64,000 nucleotides of DNA from Daphnia carinata (Eukaryota), in assembly GCF_022539665.2 (NCBI RefSeq), contig NC_081334.1:1860001-1924000 (forward strand), written 5' to 3'. Below are positions 23,684 to 36,708 of the stretch, one piece after another; the first letter of the stretch is position 1, and every line of letters starts with the position of its first letter. The notes below the pieces were generated by a model, which ran no database searches, was not told where the DNA came from, and saw only the letters and a program-made list of their open reading frames with translations. Both the position numbers and the translations under genes were made by a program.

Positions 23684-25312
23684 TTAGATTAAGCTATTCT
23701 CTTCCACATCAACTTCAGTGATGAAAGAGGACTGCGAGCAATTTAAATACGATTCGGACGACTTGCCTATTCGGCTGCAAGATTGATTTGGAGCATCACT
23801 CCATGCACCACCTACAGAATTAAAACGAGATCTTTTCTCCCTTCGAATTTGATCACCGGGATTGCTAGATTGGATTGCAGAAGGTTGAGGCTCCCTTTAC
23901 AAAGAATATGTTTTTAGCTATAGAAGATAGAATTTGTTCAATAAGGTACTCACCGACAGAGGACACAAACAATTATGTACGAACTGGCACATCCTAGGGC
24001 AGCAAATGCGATGCATATTAGTAGAAGAGTGGAAGTGCTCGCCTCTGATATAATAACCTCCGTCCAATAACGGTCACAGTGTAAGTGCCAACATACTGTA
24101 CGATTGAGTTCATCTGCAAAAGTTCGAATAACAATTTTTAAACAAATTTTGCCGTACAGATTCCAATCTTTCCACACCTCTCAGATGCAGAAATTGTTGG
24201 TTGCTCAGACGTAGAACAAGACCACTAGTACACATGCTAACCAAGCGGGCGCATTCAGAACGAAGCTGAAAGAAATCTTCGTCTCGGCAAGAGCTTTGCT
24301 TTTGCCTTATACGCTCAGACAGTTCTTCTTTTTTAGAGGTTGAAGGCAAGATCATTTCTGGATTTACGTCATTGGTAGTGTTAGTACGGCATCGAGGAAG
24401 TGTTTGGTTAGAAACCGATTTCACAATAGTGGAAGGCGCTGGCGAACAGCAATGCATCTGCGGAAGTTGCGACGGAAGGATCAACCAGCCTTTTCGTTTG
24501 CATTGTTCATCGTCCGTCAGACAAATTTCGGCTTGTTGGTTATAACGACTAAGAGGATGCGCTTGTGGGGTTGCTTTCACCAAAGCAGTGATAGTCTGTT
24601 GCTGTTCTGTAGGGTTCTGGAATTCACTGGTTTGATTTCGATTCTTTGATATTTCTGCCAAGTGGAGCACTTCACATCTTATCAAGTCACAAAAATCACC
24701 TGGGCAGACACTGTCTTCTGTCTATCAATTTCCAGTAATAAGCATCTTTTAGCTAGTGAAATGAAACATCTGAAAAATTGGTATTACCAGTTGGAGCTTG
24801 TCTTGATGTTTTTTTAACATATGGAGATCAAGGAAAGGTTCTCTGTGAAAAGATTTCCCACAAATAGAGCAGCTCCATTTTGTGGTGCTAGCTTGGAATT
24901 TCGATTGATGGATTGCATGGTAAATGTCCCGTTCTGGGTGTAGAGGGCAACTTAAGGGTACTTCAACTTTGAACTTGTTGAAAAGTGGAATCCATTTCTA
25001 TTTAAATACAAAAAAAAATTTATATTTTTCCTATATAAGGATATCTATTATACCTTGGAAACAAAATTCCTGACAAGAAAAGAGAATTCTCGTGAACACC
25101 CTATTGATGGATGACTGAACTCTGGCCATGGCAGTAACGACGAGATCATCAGCAGGATTACCTATTGATACAAATGGAATTTTCATTAGCTGTTCAGTAT
25201 CCCATGCAGAGCTAAATTAATTGGATTATCTCTGCATAGCAAAACCTTATTGTCGAACAATTTTCCCATCATAGATCAGCCATATTACCTTGAGATTTAA
25301 GAAAGATTTCAT
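23684..25312 (-). CDS. Uncharacterised Cys-rich C2H2-like zinc-finger protein with signal-like N-terminus and C-terminal TM segment
   Basis: Spliced reading gives GCSRE...CPLHPERDIY...WSCSICGKSFHREPFLDLHMLKKH...CPGDFCDLIRC...CWHLHC plus hydrophobic LLLICIAFAALG. The 3' end is uncertain. Confidence 0.75.
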
Positions 25313-25628
25313 CTCTAAACTGAAATTTACAAACTTCGGTTGTTCTGTTACATCATGTGAGCAATAAATTTTATTTCGTACAATTTTTTTGAATCACGCC
25401 CATGTTTCGATCATTTTTCACAAACATGCCATTAAAAAACATTGGATCGATCCAGCGTACTAATTTCATTCGTCAGATGGCAATTCCATCGCCACAGTAG
25501 ATGGCGTTGGTTTTGTTTTCTTTTTTGACCTTCAATCCGGTCTTTCGGAAATTTCCGATCGTTGGAATATTTCTGAAAATTTAGTAACTAGAAGTCGTAA
25601 AAGTTGATATAGGCAACGTTCGCCAAGC

Positions 25629-26564
25629 ATGCCGAAAAAGTTTGAAGGAGAAAATTCAAAGGTGGCAGTTGCCAGAGCGCGTAAGGAGGCAGCCAAACAG
25701 GCAGACCAGAAAAAGAAAGAAGAAAAGCAGGAAGAAGAGTTCTGGAAAGATGATGATAAACATGTTCAGAAAAAGTTGCAGCGCAAAGACGAGAAGGAAA
25801 AGAAAAGAGTAGAACAGTTGGTAACTGCCATCAAACCTTATTTAGCAATCTCATTTCTGAGATAGAAAGTAATAATTTAAATTGTTGGAAAAATAAGGAA
25901 AAGAAAACTGCACTTAAAAATCTGGCAGACGAAGAAATGGAAGCAATAAAGGCACCACCTAAGCAAGCATCCAGCAAAATTTCTCGCCTACAAATTCAAG
26001 TATACAAAATCTGTTGTGAGGGTGGATTCAATCAGAGTACAATATTCTTCTGCATTCAATTTCCGGTAGGCTGAATTAGAGAAGAGGGAAGCTGCTGCCA
26101 AAGGTAAAGGATCACAAACTAAAGTTGTGCCAGTGGAAGATATGGATGCACCAATTCCAGAAAATATAAATAGAGTGGTAATTGATGGAGAAGTAGCTAG
26201 CTCAGTAGATGAAGCTATCCAAGTTCTAAGGTATGCTTATTTGTCAAATTCTGTAACTGGTCTATTACTATGAAAATGGCAATTAGAATTAGTGATTCAG
26301 CTGCTGATATTGAACGACATCCCGAAAAACGAATGAAAGCTGCGTATGCAGCGTTTGAGGAAAGACATCTTCCGCGCCTCCGAGAAGAAAATCCCAACAT
26401 GCGCCTTTCGCAAGTTAAACAAATGTTGCATAGGTAAACAAAAACGAGGTGCTAAAAATGTTATTCTCTTAAATATCTGTTGATATTTGTTTTCTAGGGA
26501 ATGGCTTAAAAGCCCAGAAAATCCGCTAAATGCATCCCACTCTCAATACAATAAAAAAAAATAA
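25629..26564 (+). CDS. CCDC124: Coiled-coil domain-containing protein 124 (Lso2 homolog)
   Basis: MPKKFEGENSKVAVARARK, RHPEKRMKAAYAAFEE, ENPNMRLSQ, WLKSPENPLN. Confidence 0.95.
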
Positions 26565-27057
26565 CGTTAACATTAATATTTGCTCTGAGGTTGAGTTTGA
26601 TCAATGAAGTTAACATTTTTGTGCTCATCAAAATTTGAAAAATATTAATGTTGAAAGAATACAAACTCGAAGGGACAACACGCAATCTTTTTTACTACAA
26701 TTTTTGTACGATGCCGAAAAGTTTTATAGTTGTCAGAAAATTTGGACGAAAGCTTCCCTTAAATCAATCTTCGATTATTTTACTATTTCATTTTTGATTT
26801 TCAATTTCAGTTTTACGTATGTAGCGTTTAAATCGCTGTAGCTTTACCATGAGGTGTAACTATCGAGCGTGTAAATGATGTTTTGAATTCAAATTATACT
26901 AGATCCATCAGGCATCTAATGGCAGAACAACTGAAAATTATCTGGTGGCTTGTAATGCACCAACATTATTGGGGAATGCACTTTTATGCACTAACATTAA
27001 CAAATATAACGAAATGAAATAGTGAAATATAAAAAAAAAAATATTTTAAATATAATT

Positions 27058-27555
<498 letters not shown>

Positions 27556-28045
27556 CTAAACAATTTTCAATTTTTCAGCCTGGGTTTCTTAGATAAAAGA
27601 CAAACGATGGAATATCGGAAGGAGACAAGAGTAACCTTACTATCTATTTTCAAGTATGTGGAACTACTAAAAGAAATACAGCATGTAAACGTCCAGCATT
27701 GCCAGTTTCATTACAATAACAATTCTTGTTTTATACAAACTCAGTGCTGGTTGTTATGGAATTGTAGGATAGATCTATTCTACGACCCTGGTTTTCACTT
27801 GGCGGCTTGCGCAGACTTTTCAAATCTCATGATGACGGCATATACAAATTGCTAATTAATAAGCCACTCTTTATGGAGATGAGAACTCCTACTCATGGTT
27901 TCACCAACAAAACTATGGCGCCATCTAGCGGAACGGCGACAGTCTTTATTTAAAAGTGCAGAAGGCTTCTCTTGTTGTGTTTTCTTGTCAGTCACAGTTG
28001 TATTTAAGTCGTCATTGGGATCACGTTGTAAAGGACTCAGAGAGA

Positions 28046-29791
28046 ATGCGAGCGTCACGTTGCTTGGAGATTTGTTGCATAATATTACTGTATTCTCAGA
28101 TATGTATTGCTGCCAATGATTTACAAGGGCACCCTGTTATTTTAGGTAAACAATTTTTAAATTAACACATCTAAAAGAAAATGGAAACTAAACTGAATAA
28201 ATGTTTATTATTATAAATTAGTGCCAGGTGATGGAGGAAGTCAAATCGAAGGGAGACTTGATAAACCTACTGCTGTGCATTATGTTTGCTCAAAGAAAAC
28301 TGATTACTGGTTCAGCTTATGGCTAAATATGGAACTTCTAGTTCCGATTGTTATTGATTGTTGGGTTGACAACATGAAGTTAACCTATGACAACACTACC
28401 AGGAAAACTACTAATAATCCTGGTGTAGAGATCAGAATTCCTGATTTTGGTAACTCAACATCAGTTGAATGGATTGATCCAAGTAAAGCATCAGCAGGAA
28501 ACTATTTTGCCACAATTGCTGAATCTATACTTAAATTTGGCTATGAAAGAAATGTTTCACTGAGAGGAGCTCCATATGATTTTCGCAAAGCACCAAGTGA
28601 GGATTATCGTACTAAATCGGTTTTTATTATGTTTTTACCCATGAAATTTGTTTGGAATTTCAGACGAACTTCAAGATTATTTTGTGAACACCAAAGCACT
28701 TGTGGAAGATACTTACAGCAGAACAAATGGGCAAAAAATAATATTTATTACCCACAGCATGGGATCTCCAATGATTCTCTACTTCTTAAATCACCAGACC
28801 CAAGAATGGAAAAATAAATACATTAAATCATGGATCTCTTTAGCTGGTTGTTGGGCTGGCACTATCAAAGCCTTGAAAGTTTATGCCCAAGGTTTGTTAA
28901 AAACATTAATAGATGCTTTTTAATTTGGCTTTGAAAAACTGTTGCATTTTATTTCAGGCGATAACCTGGGCGTGCGTGTACTCAGCGAAACTGCACTGCG
29001 GGAGCAGCAAAGGTATTTCATATCAAAACTCTTTTTCTAAAAATTTATTTCAATTGTACCTTTCTTTGTATTCCAACCAACTAAAGAACTAGCCCGAGTT
29101 TATCTTGGTTGATGCCATCCGACAAACTATGGACACCGGAGGAAGTGATGGTCCAGACATCAGGACGAAATTACACAATTCGAGATTATCAGGACTTCTT
29201 CCTGTAAGATACAACGATCGCGCGATGTCTTGTATTCGTCTTGCTAACAATTCTTGTTTTCTTGTCTTTTTGGACACAGAGATATTGATTTCCCGTTGGG
29301 ATATGATATGTGGCAGGACACGCATCCTTTGGTACACGAATTGACAGCACCAGGCGTGGAGATCCATTGCATAGTATGCTAGCTTGTCTACAACTTTGTT
29401 GTATCTGTCCTGTTTTGCATTCATCTTTTATTTGTTATTTACTTTATAGTTTGGAACAGGTGTGGATACAGCTGAGCGACTAGTGTACAGTAAATCATCA
29501 CCCATTGGGAAAGCTACAATCATTATGGGTGATGGCGATGGCACCGTCAATGTTCGTAGTCTAGCCGCATGCAGCAAATGGATCAAAGAGCAGTCACAGC
29601 CTGTCTATGTCCAGGCATTCCCCAATAGAGACCACATGGCTGTGCTTTATGTAATTTTTTCTCTATCAAATTTTGCCTTCATTGCTCGTAAGTTTATTTG
29701 TCTAATATTATGACAGGATCCAGTCATTTTAGATTACATTCAACGAGTTGTCACTGCCAGCCAGGAAGAGGAGGCGGTGCGTAAAGCGTAA
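28046..29791 (+). CDS. PLA2G15: Group XV (lysosomal) phospholipase A2, LCAT family
   Basis: Signal peptide, HPVIL-VPGDGGSQ, LRGAPYDFRKAP, THSMG nucleophile, GDGDGTV, DHMAVL. Confidence 0.93.
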
Positions 29792-30369
29792 GACGCTTTT
29801 ATTTTCCTTTAAAACTCAAGACTCTCTGGTTTTCTCCTTGTATAACGTGTGCCGCCATTTTCGATTTAGTAAATGCGACACCTCATTTATATAACACGTA
29901 TCGTGTCAGCCTGTTAGTATAAATAAACATTGTACATTCATTTGTTGTCCCCACATCCCCAGTTTGCAATGAAACATTCTGTTACAATATAATTTACTGA
30001 AAATGAAAACTTCGCTATTTATTTCCATCTCATTCGTGTTTACTTCTTTTCATGTGTTTGAATTATTTGCTAGAGAGGATGACAAAATAGGTTTCTAAAA
30101 TTAAAATTAAGGGAGTGAGGAGTGGGACCACATGGTATCGCATATACCGATACAAATGCTACTCAACTGTTTAATTGTTTGTCTCCCTAACGCCAAACTA
30201 TTCCAAACGGTAAACGTTGGCGTTGAAAAGGGTTAAGAACCATTGAAAACTAACCGCGAGAAAAAACCAGCCGGAAAAGCGGTATTCAAGTCTTTTTAAA
30301 TTGGAAGTGAACAGGTAGGGGATGAACACATCAGATTTAGGTTTTTGACGACTTGGAATGGGAACTATT

Positions 30370-32989
30370 CTAGTCCGCCGACGAGTTGGCGACGGCAGCA
30401 GTTCGAGCCTGCGTAGCAGCGGGTGGAGCTACGGTGGTTGAAGATTTTTCGGCAGCTAATAAAACTGTGTGTTGACCACCTGCAGAGGCCAGAAAAACCA
30501 ATCGGTTTTCTAATTGTTTCCCCTTGATGGTTGTTGGTTCTAGCACGTCATCTTCGTGCCCAAGTCCAAGCTGGCCGTTCGTACCCATTCCCCAGGAAAA
30601 GGCCATCCCTAATCAGATGTGATTGTAAAATTCATGTCGGTTTCACTTTGCCGTGACAATTATTTTGCTTACCAGATTCCGTGACGGCTAGGGAAACAGA
30701 TTCACCGGCTGTGACGTCCACACATTTTTGTGACTGAAGTGCTGGGATTGGCGTGGGGACAGCTAAATCTTTTGCGTCAGCACCCATACCCAAACGTCCG
30801 TATTCTTTACGGCCGAGACTGTAAACGAGACCTGTAAAAGCCTTAGGTTAGCTTAGTCCGAAAGCCAAATTACTCTTCCAATTTACCATTTTCGTCCAAA
30901 GCTAGCGTGTGGTGCTGGCCACAGGAAATGCTTTGCCAACGGTGTCCCTTGAAACCATCGGAAACTTCAGGTTGGAAACGCGCGTCTTGGCTCGGGAGTC
31001 CTGTTTAGATAATAATGGATTTTCATAAGTGACACGATATTAATTATGTAAAAAGGTAAATTTAAACTTTTGCACGTACCAAGTTGATTATAGTTGTTAA
31101 GGCCGAAGACATAAATCAGGCCAGTGTCTTTGGCACGGGCAAACGTCGCATAAGACCCTGTCCACACACTGTCGATGACAACACGTTTCTTTCCCTTGCC
31201 CAATGCGACCGGCTGGGGTGTTAGTAGGTAATTCTTGCCTTTGCGGCCTCCTCGGTTGGAAAACACTTCAGCAACGCGACCCAACTGTCCCTGTTCAGCA
31301 CAACCACAAGTATAGACCTGGCCGTCGGAAGACAGGCAAACTAGATGGTCGGCACCAGAAGCAATTTGAGTCATAGGTATGCCTTCTAGAATAGGTACTG
31401 GCAACTTTTGCGAACCAGTCTCGTTAAGTCCCATAGGCCCGTGAGAATCCTACCAAAACAATAGATAAACTTCCAGTTCTCAATCTTGACTGTGTGACAA
31501 AAGTTCTTACACGGAATGTGCCCCAGATAAAACATCGTCCGTCTTCTAACAAAGCAGCAGTATGCGAATCTCCCGCCGATATTAATGTTGCTTTACCAGG
31601 CAAATTGACTAGTCCAGGTTCGAATTCGCTACCTTCTTCGCTAGTATCACGACCCAAAGCTCCCTCGTCATTACACCCAAATGTGTAAATTTCGCCTAAA
31701 TGGATGCGGGATTTTTAAAACATTAATTGGTGAATAACGGTTGATGCAATAGGTCTAAACAAAAATGAAACGAACCTTTACTAGTTAGGCAGACTGTGTG
31801 CATACCACCGGCTACTACATCTATGACATCTTTGACTTGATCTACTAAGGCCGGCCGATTCTTTTCCAAAACATCAGGGCCTAATCCTAGCTGACCCACG
31901 TCACCTTGGCCCATGCAAAGAACCATACCAGTTCCACGTTTTTGACGAAACGGAACAACTATTTCAACTGCAAAAGAATTATTAGTGGAATCATTCGAAT
32001 AATCCACACATTTGTTTTAAGATGTTCCTCACGTTTAGGTTTCTTAGCCGCGACAACTTCTTTAGCTGGCTTCGGTCGCTTTCGAGCTTCGGCGGTTTCT
32101 GTTTTTTTCGTTTCTTTATTCTTTTTTTCGTTGATTACTTCTGCAGGACTATCATCAGAAGATGTTTCCATTTCAGATGCAGCCTTCTTTGCCTTAGCTG
32201 TGGCTGGCTTTTTCTTTTCTGGTGTAGCCACTCTAGATGGATTCATACAAAAGTGTCAGTCTTGCAGTTCGCATATAAACATAAAACTAGAACTTACTTA
32301 GGAACCTTAGGAGCTTTGGCAGCTGAAATCTTTTTAGGCTTGGCTGGTGAAGGTTTAGGCTTTGGTGTCTTTACTGCTTTTACAACTGTGGTTGTTTCTT
32401 TAGCAACAGTTTTAGTAGTTCGTTTTGCTTTCGTAGGGACCTCATCATCTGCTTCTGTTGCTTTCTTTGCTTTGCCTTTTGGTGCAGGGGTTGCTTTGGA
32501 TTTCGCAGGTTCTGGTGCAGGTACTTTTGTGAGCTTAGCTGCTTTTGGAACAGCAACTTTTTTCACAGGGCTTTGCTGTGGGCTAACAGTAGCTTTGCCT
32601 TTCTTCGCAACTGCTTTTGGCTTTGCAGCTTGTTTTGCTGTTGATTTTGTTGCTGTTTTTGCTACTTCTGCAGGCTTTTCCTCAACTTCAGCAACCTAAA
32701 AAGGCAAATTTCGAAAAAAAATAGTTATTTATTTTTTAATTTGAGTATTGGCAAGATATAGCATATAGTTTTCTCATAGAACAAAAAATCATTGATAAGC
32801 GGCTTAGTTTCCGAAAAACAGAGGTAGGCTTGCAACTCTCATTTTCCCTTGGGATACATAGCTTCTCTGAATGCCTAACGGTTTCAGCATGAAAAACACA
32901 ATGCCGGTGTCTCCGAAACTGGGCCAGCTGAGAGCTTTGTGGAGCAATTACTATTCCTTTAAAAATCAACGTACCTTCCGTTTGACCAT
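30370..32989 (-). CDS. RCC1: Regulator of chromosome condensation 1 with a long basic N-terminal tail
   Basis: [63 protein letters not shown]. Short first coding exon MVKRK. Confidence 0.94.
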
Positions 32990-33486
32990 TTTAATCTTTT
33001 GATATTAATCCGCGTGACAAAAACGAACAACTGAGTTAAGTTTGGCGGGACTACGATTGTCGATGAAAGACAGTCCCACATACAGCGCACTGGAGGTTCG
33101 AGACTAGTCAAAAAACGTACAGAAAATTGGAGAGGGCGCTACGCACGCGGTTGCGAAGTTGCCATGTTTTCCCGCCACTGTACGTCGCTTGCTATTTCGA
33201 AAACTGCCATTTCCATAAATTGATTCGGCACGTAAGCATATCAGTGAATCCATATTTTCCAACGTCTCATTCTATAAATATCAAATACATTTTTTTCACA
33301 CATCTAATCTGAGTTCTGCGTTCATAAAAATGACAACGTTTTAAATTTTATATGGTTATACAGAGACGATTACGATTTTTATTCGGTAAATTTGTATTTA
33401 TTTTGTAAGGCATATTCCAGCAATCTACATTTAAAAATCAAAAATCAATAAATTGGTTCCTTTTGGGCTGGGCAGCACCACTTGCA

Positions 33487-34229
33487 TTATTCCGTCCCTT
33501 GCTTAATAGCCAACGAAGCGTCAATCAAGTAAATAATAGAATTGACCAAGCAAATCGCCTACAGAAACAATTGGTATACAGAAAGGTTCAATTACATCTG
33601 AATTTATACAAATAAATTATTGAATACGTTACCCCCAGGGCGACTCCAGGCTCACTGCCTTCCAGGGGTTTTAAATGTCCTTTGTAATGTTCCAGCACCA
33701 ATCCTCCGACCGTTAAGAAAAGCACGAATCCAATGAGGTTATAAATAACTTCGAGAAACGGCGTGTAATAATTAACAATTCCGGCTGGGTTTCGGATATA
33801 TGCAAGAAGCAACGGACCTGCATGGCAGACGATATTGAACTATGCACTCTTTTTTTTTAGAAAGATATCTTTACAGCTGGAAAGAGTTGGGATACATACC
33901 AGTGATGAGCAGCATGCCTCCAAATGTAACCATTCCAACTATAAATTTCAAAACACATTTTCTCTTAATGATTGCAATGTTCTGATCAATCTTTTAAAAA
34001 CTAAAATCATTACCAATGTAACGATCTGCTGCCGCCGTATCGGTGCCACCGAAACTCAAATTGTAATGGCGATAAACCACAAGGCAAACAACAGCTAAGG
34101 CCTGACAGCGTTCATCAAGACGAAGAATATCTGAAGTGCAAAATTTAATACAATAATTTTGATTTCACTTACCACTTCGGCTATTTTCATGGCTCCTCGG
34201 GCATGGGCTAATGCACGTGTATCGGTCAT
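33487..34229 (-). CDS. Snakeskin-like four-TM (MARVEL-like) protein, paralog 1
   Basis: MKIAEV / FIAITI..FGG / EVIYNLIGFVLFLTVGGL / ICLVNSIIYLIDA. Clear similarity to the two adjacent paralogs. Confidence 0.75.
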
Positions 34230-35238
34230 TTTTGTCACGTATAAAATTTGACTGTGGCTGTCTTCGGGTGCTCGATGTAGAATGATAAAAAGATCGGTTC
34301 CAGCTTGCTAATGATCTACACAAACCACGTACTCGTCAACGTTTCTTTCATCCATGGGTTTTCCGAAATGAAACGAGTTCCGTAGAATTTCTCAAGCGTT
34401 TTGCTAACGATTTTTTGCCCTTTTTTTTTTTAAGGAATGAACAGTAAGAAGAGAATAGTTTTTAGTCCCAAGGGAATTACACATAAATACCATTTACATT
34501 TAAAACTAAAATTGACAAGTGGTCGATTGTTATTCTTGCTAAATATTGTCACGGAGCATTGGCAATTTAGTTTCCGGAATAGATTTTCAGCGCCTGTTGG
34601 ATAGATTTATGCTTCGTCTTATTTATAACGCCATTTTTTTTTCAGCCTTAACTTCTTTTCCGTGAAAGCGGAAGTTTACCATTGTACAGGGAGGGAAGTG
34701 GTGATGGCCACGATGATTGTGGTCAGTTTGAAAAGAAACGGTTACGTTCGATGGATCGGTCGAACGCACTCGAAAAGGCTTTTTAAGAGTTAAGAATAAA
34801 ACCACACATTGTGGTTACTAATGTTTTCATCTTTGTGCTTACTAATTGGCCAGAGAAGTAATGAAGTTTCCACATGAAATGATTCAAGTGATTTGTCCAT
34901 TCTACCGATTCCTACACATGTGTTCACGCACCTTAACGTATTTCTCGTTTCTTACTGAAGCGTGAAGCTCGGTTATGGCACAATGTGCTTCGTAACTTAT
35001 TGCACCAACGGTTGTGAAATAAAAGATTTTTCCCAAAACAATTCATTACGGCTAACCATGTAATTATATATTTGGTGTTTTTTAGGTAGAACAAATATAA
35101 AAACACACACGGTTTAGGCAAACGCTAAAATGTTAGGCAAAGAAAAATAATTTTATATGTAATTTTCACGAGCTATTCCGTATTGCTGAAGCTCTACACG
35201 ACTTCATTTCGGAAATAAATGAGGTAAAAACACCCCGT

Positions 35239-35918
35239 TCAAACGGTAGAACCTTGCCGGAGAGCCAGGGCAGCATCGGTCAGGTAGAAGAAAGCGTTGA
35301 TGATGCAAAGGGACTAAATAAGAATTCACGAAATGAAGGATCAAACCAAAAATGATAAATGAAATATGTTTCATTACTCCAAGAGCCTTTCCAGCAGTAA
35401 TGTTGTCAGTGGTGTTCAAACCGAAGGCTTTGTCGATCCCGGTACCGGATTGGGTCGTGTTAGAGGGACCGAACCAATCGTTCATGTCTCCTCTTCTGTT
35501 GTCATTGCCGGTCTGAGTTACTCCAGCGTAGTTACGGTAGTGATCCAAGGCGAGAGAGCCCACCGTCAAGAAGAGAATGAATCCCAGCGTGTTGTAAATG
35601 ATCTCCAGAAACGGTTGGTAAGTTCCCGAGGTGCTCCACAGGTAGGAGATGAGCAACGGGAGAGACACCAGCAGCATACCACCAACTGTGACCAATCCGA
35701 CGTTGTAACGATCGTGGAATGCTCCCGATGCTACATCACCACCAAAGTTCAACGAATAGGTGCGGATCAAGATCAGGCAGATCAAGGCGATAATCTGTGC
35801 ATTTTAAATACAAAACTTAACCGTCATGGATGTAATAACTAATTGAAAATGAAATGGTTACAATTTCAGCTAGCTTCATGAAGCCGTGAGTGCGTGCCAA
35901 AAGTCTGAAGTCTGCCAT
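35239..35918 (-). CDS. Snakeskin-like four-TM protein, paralog 2
   Basis: MKLAEI / ICLILIRTYSLNFGG..HDRY.VGLVTVGG / EIIYNTLGFILFLTVGSLAL / KALG-SLCIINAFFYLTDA. Confidence 0.8.
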
Positions 35919-36708
35919 TGTTGAAAATGTTTGTTTTTCTTGAAATTAGAGAACTTATTCCTTGCTGGTCAGTCGGACAAGTGACTAGTGAAGAATCAAT
36001 GAATGTCACCTCATCTTTTATGTGTTCAGTGGGTCCACTCCATTTTCGCCTTTGGGCTTGGCCTTTAACGAACGTTTGCCCGACAACCCTCTTCAAGTTA
36101 TTCCAGAGCCTTTTTCACCATCAACTTCAAAGACTACCTAGAAATGTTTTTCAGTTATTTGTGACCTCATCTACTACGAATCGAGGACGACTCATCGGGG
36201 TACTATGCCGTTATCAAGGATTAAAAGCGTCCACAAATCGTTTTCTTTTTCTTTTTTCTTGTTCTTCTATTTCTGAATATAGGGTCTAAAAATGAGATAC
36301 TTTGTATTTCTTTGATGCCACGTCAACAGAACGTCACTTCGACTGTTTTCTGAGATTTTCCAGTGTCTTTGCATTGGATGGTGGTGGTAGCACTGATCGG
36401 TTCAAAGAGATCGTACAGGTAGAAGGGCATCTCTCTATCTAGTTTTGTGTCATTTGCTTACAAGTGGTGGCTTTTTAAAAACAATGGGGTTGGGATATGG
36501 TATACACAATCAAGTAAATATGTGGTCGATCCTTTGCGAAAGAATCGGGAAATATCTAATGAGAAAAGTCATTTCTGAGCTATTTGAATGAAATTATGTT
36601 TGTGTGTAAATGCTTCATAGTGGTGCTTCTTTTTTCATTGCCAGATCCAGGATGAGATGAATCAACTAAAACAGATGTGAAATTCGGTTGAACAATAATG
36701 GGTGCCTT

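Noticed and set aside
32022..32699. 225-aa plus-strand hydrophobic ORF
   Set aside because: Antisense shadow of the low-complexity RCC1 tail exons.
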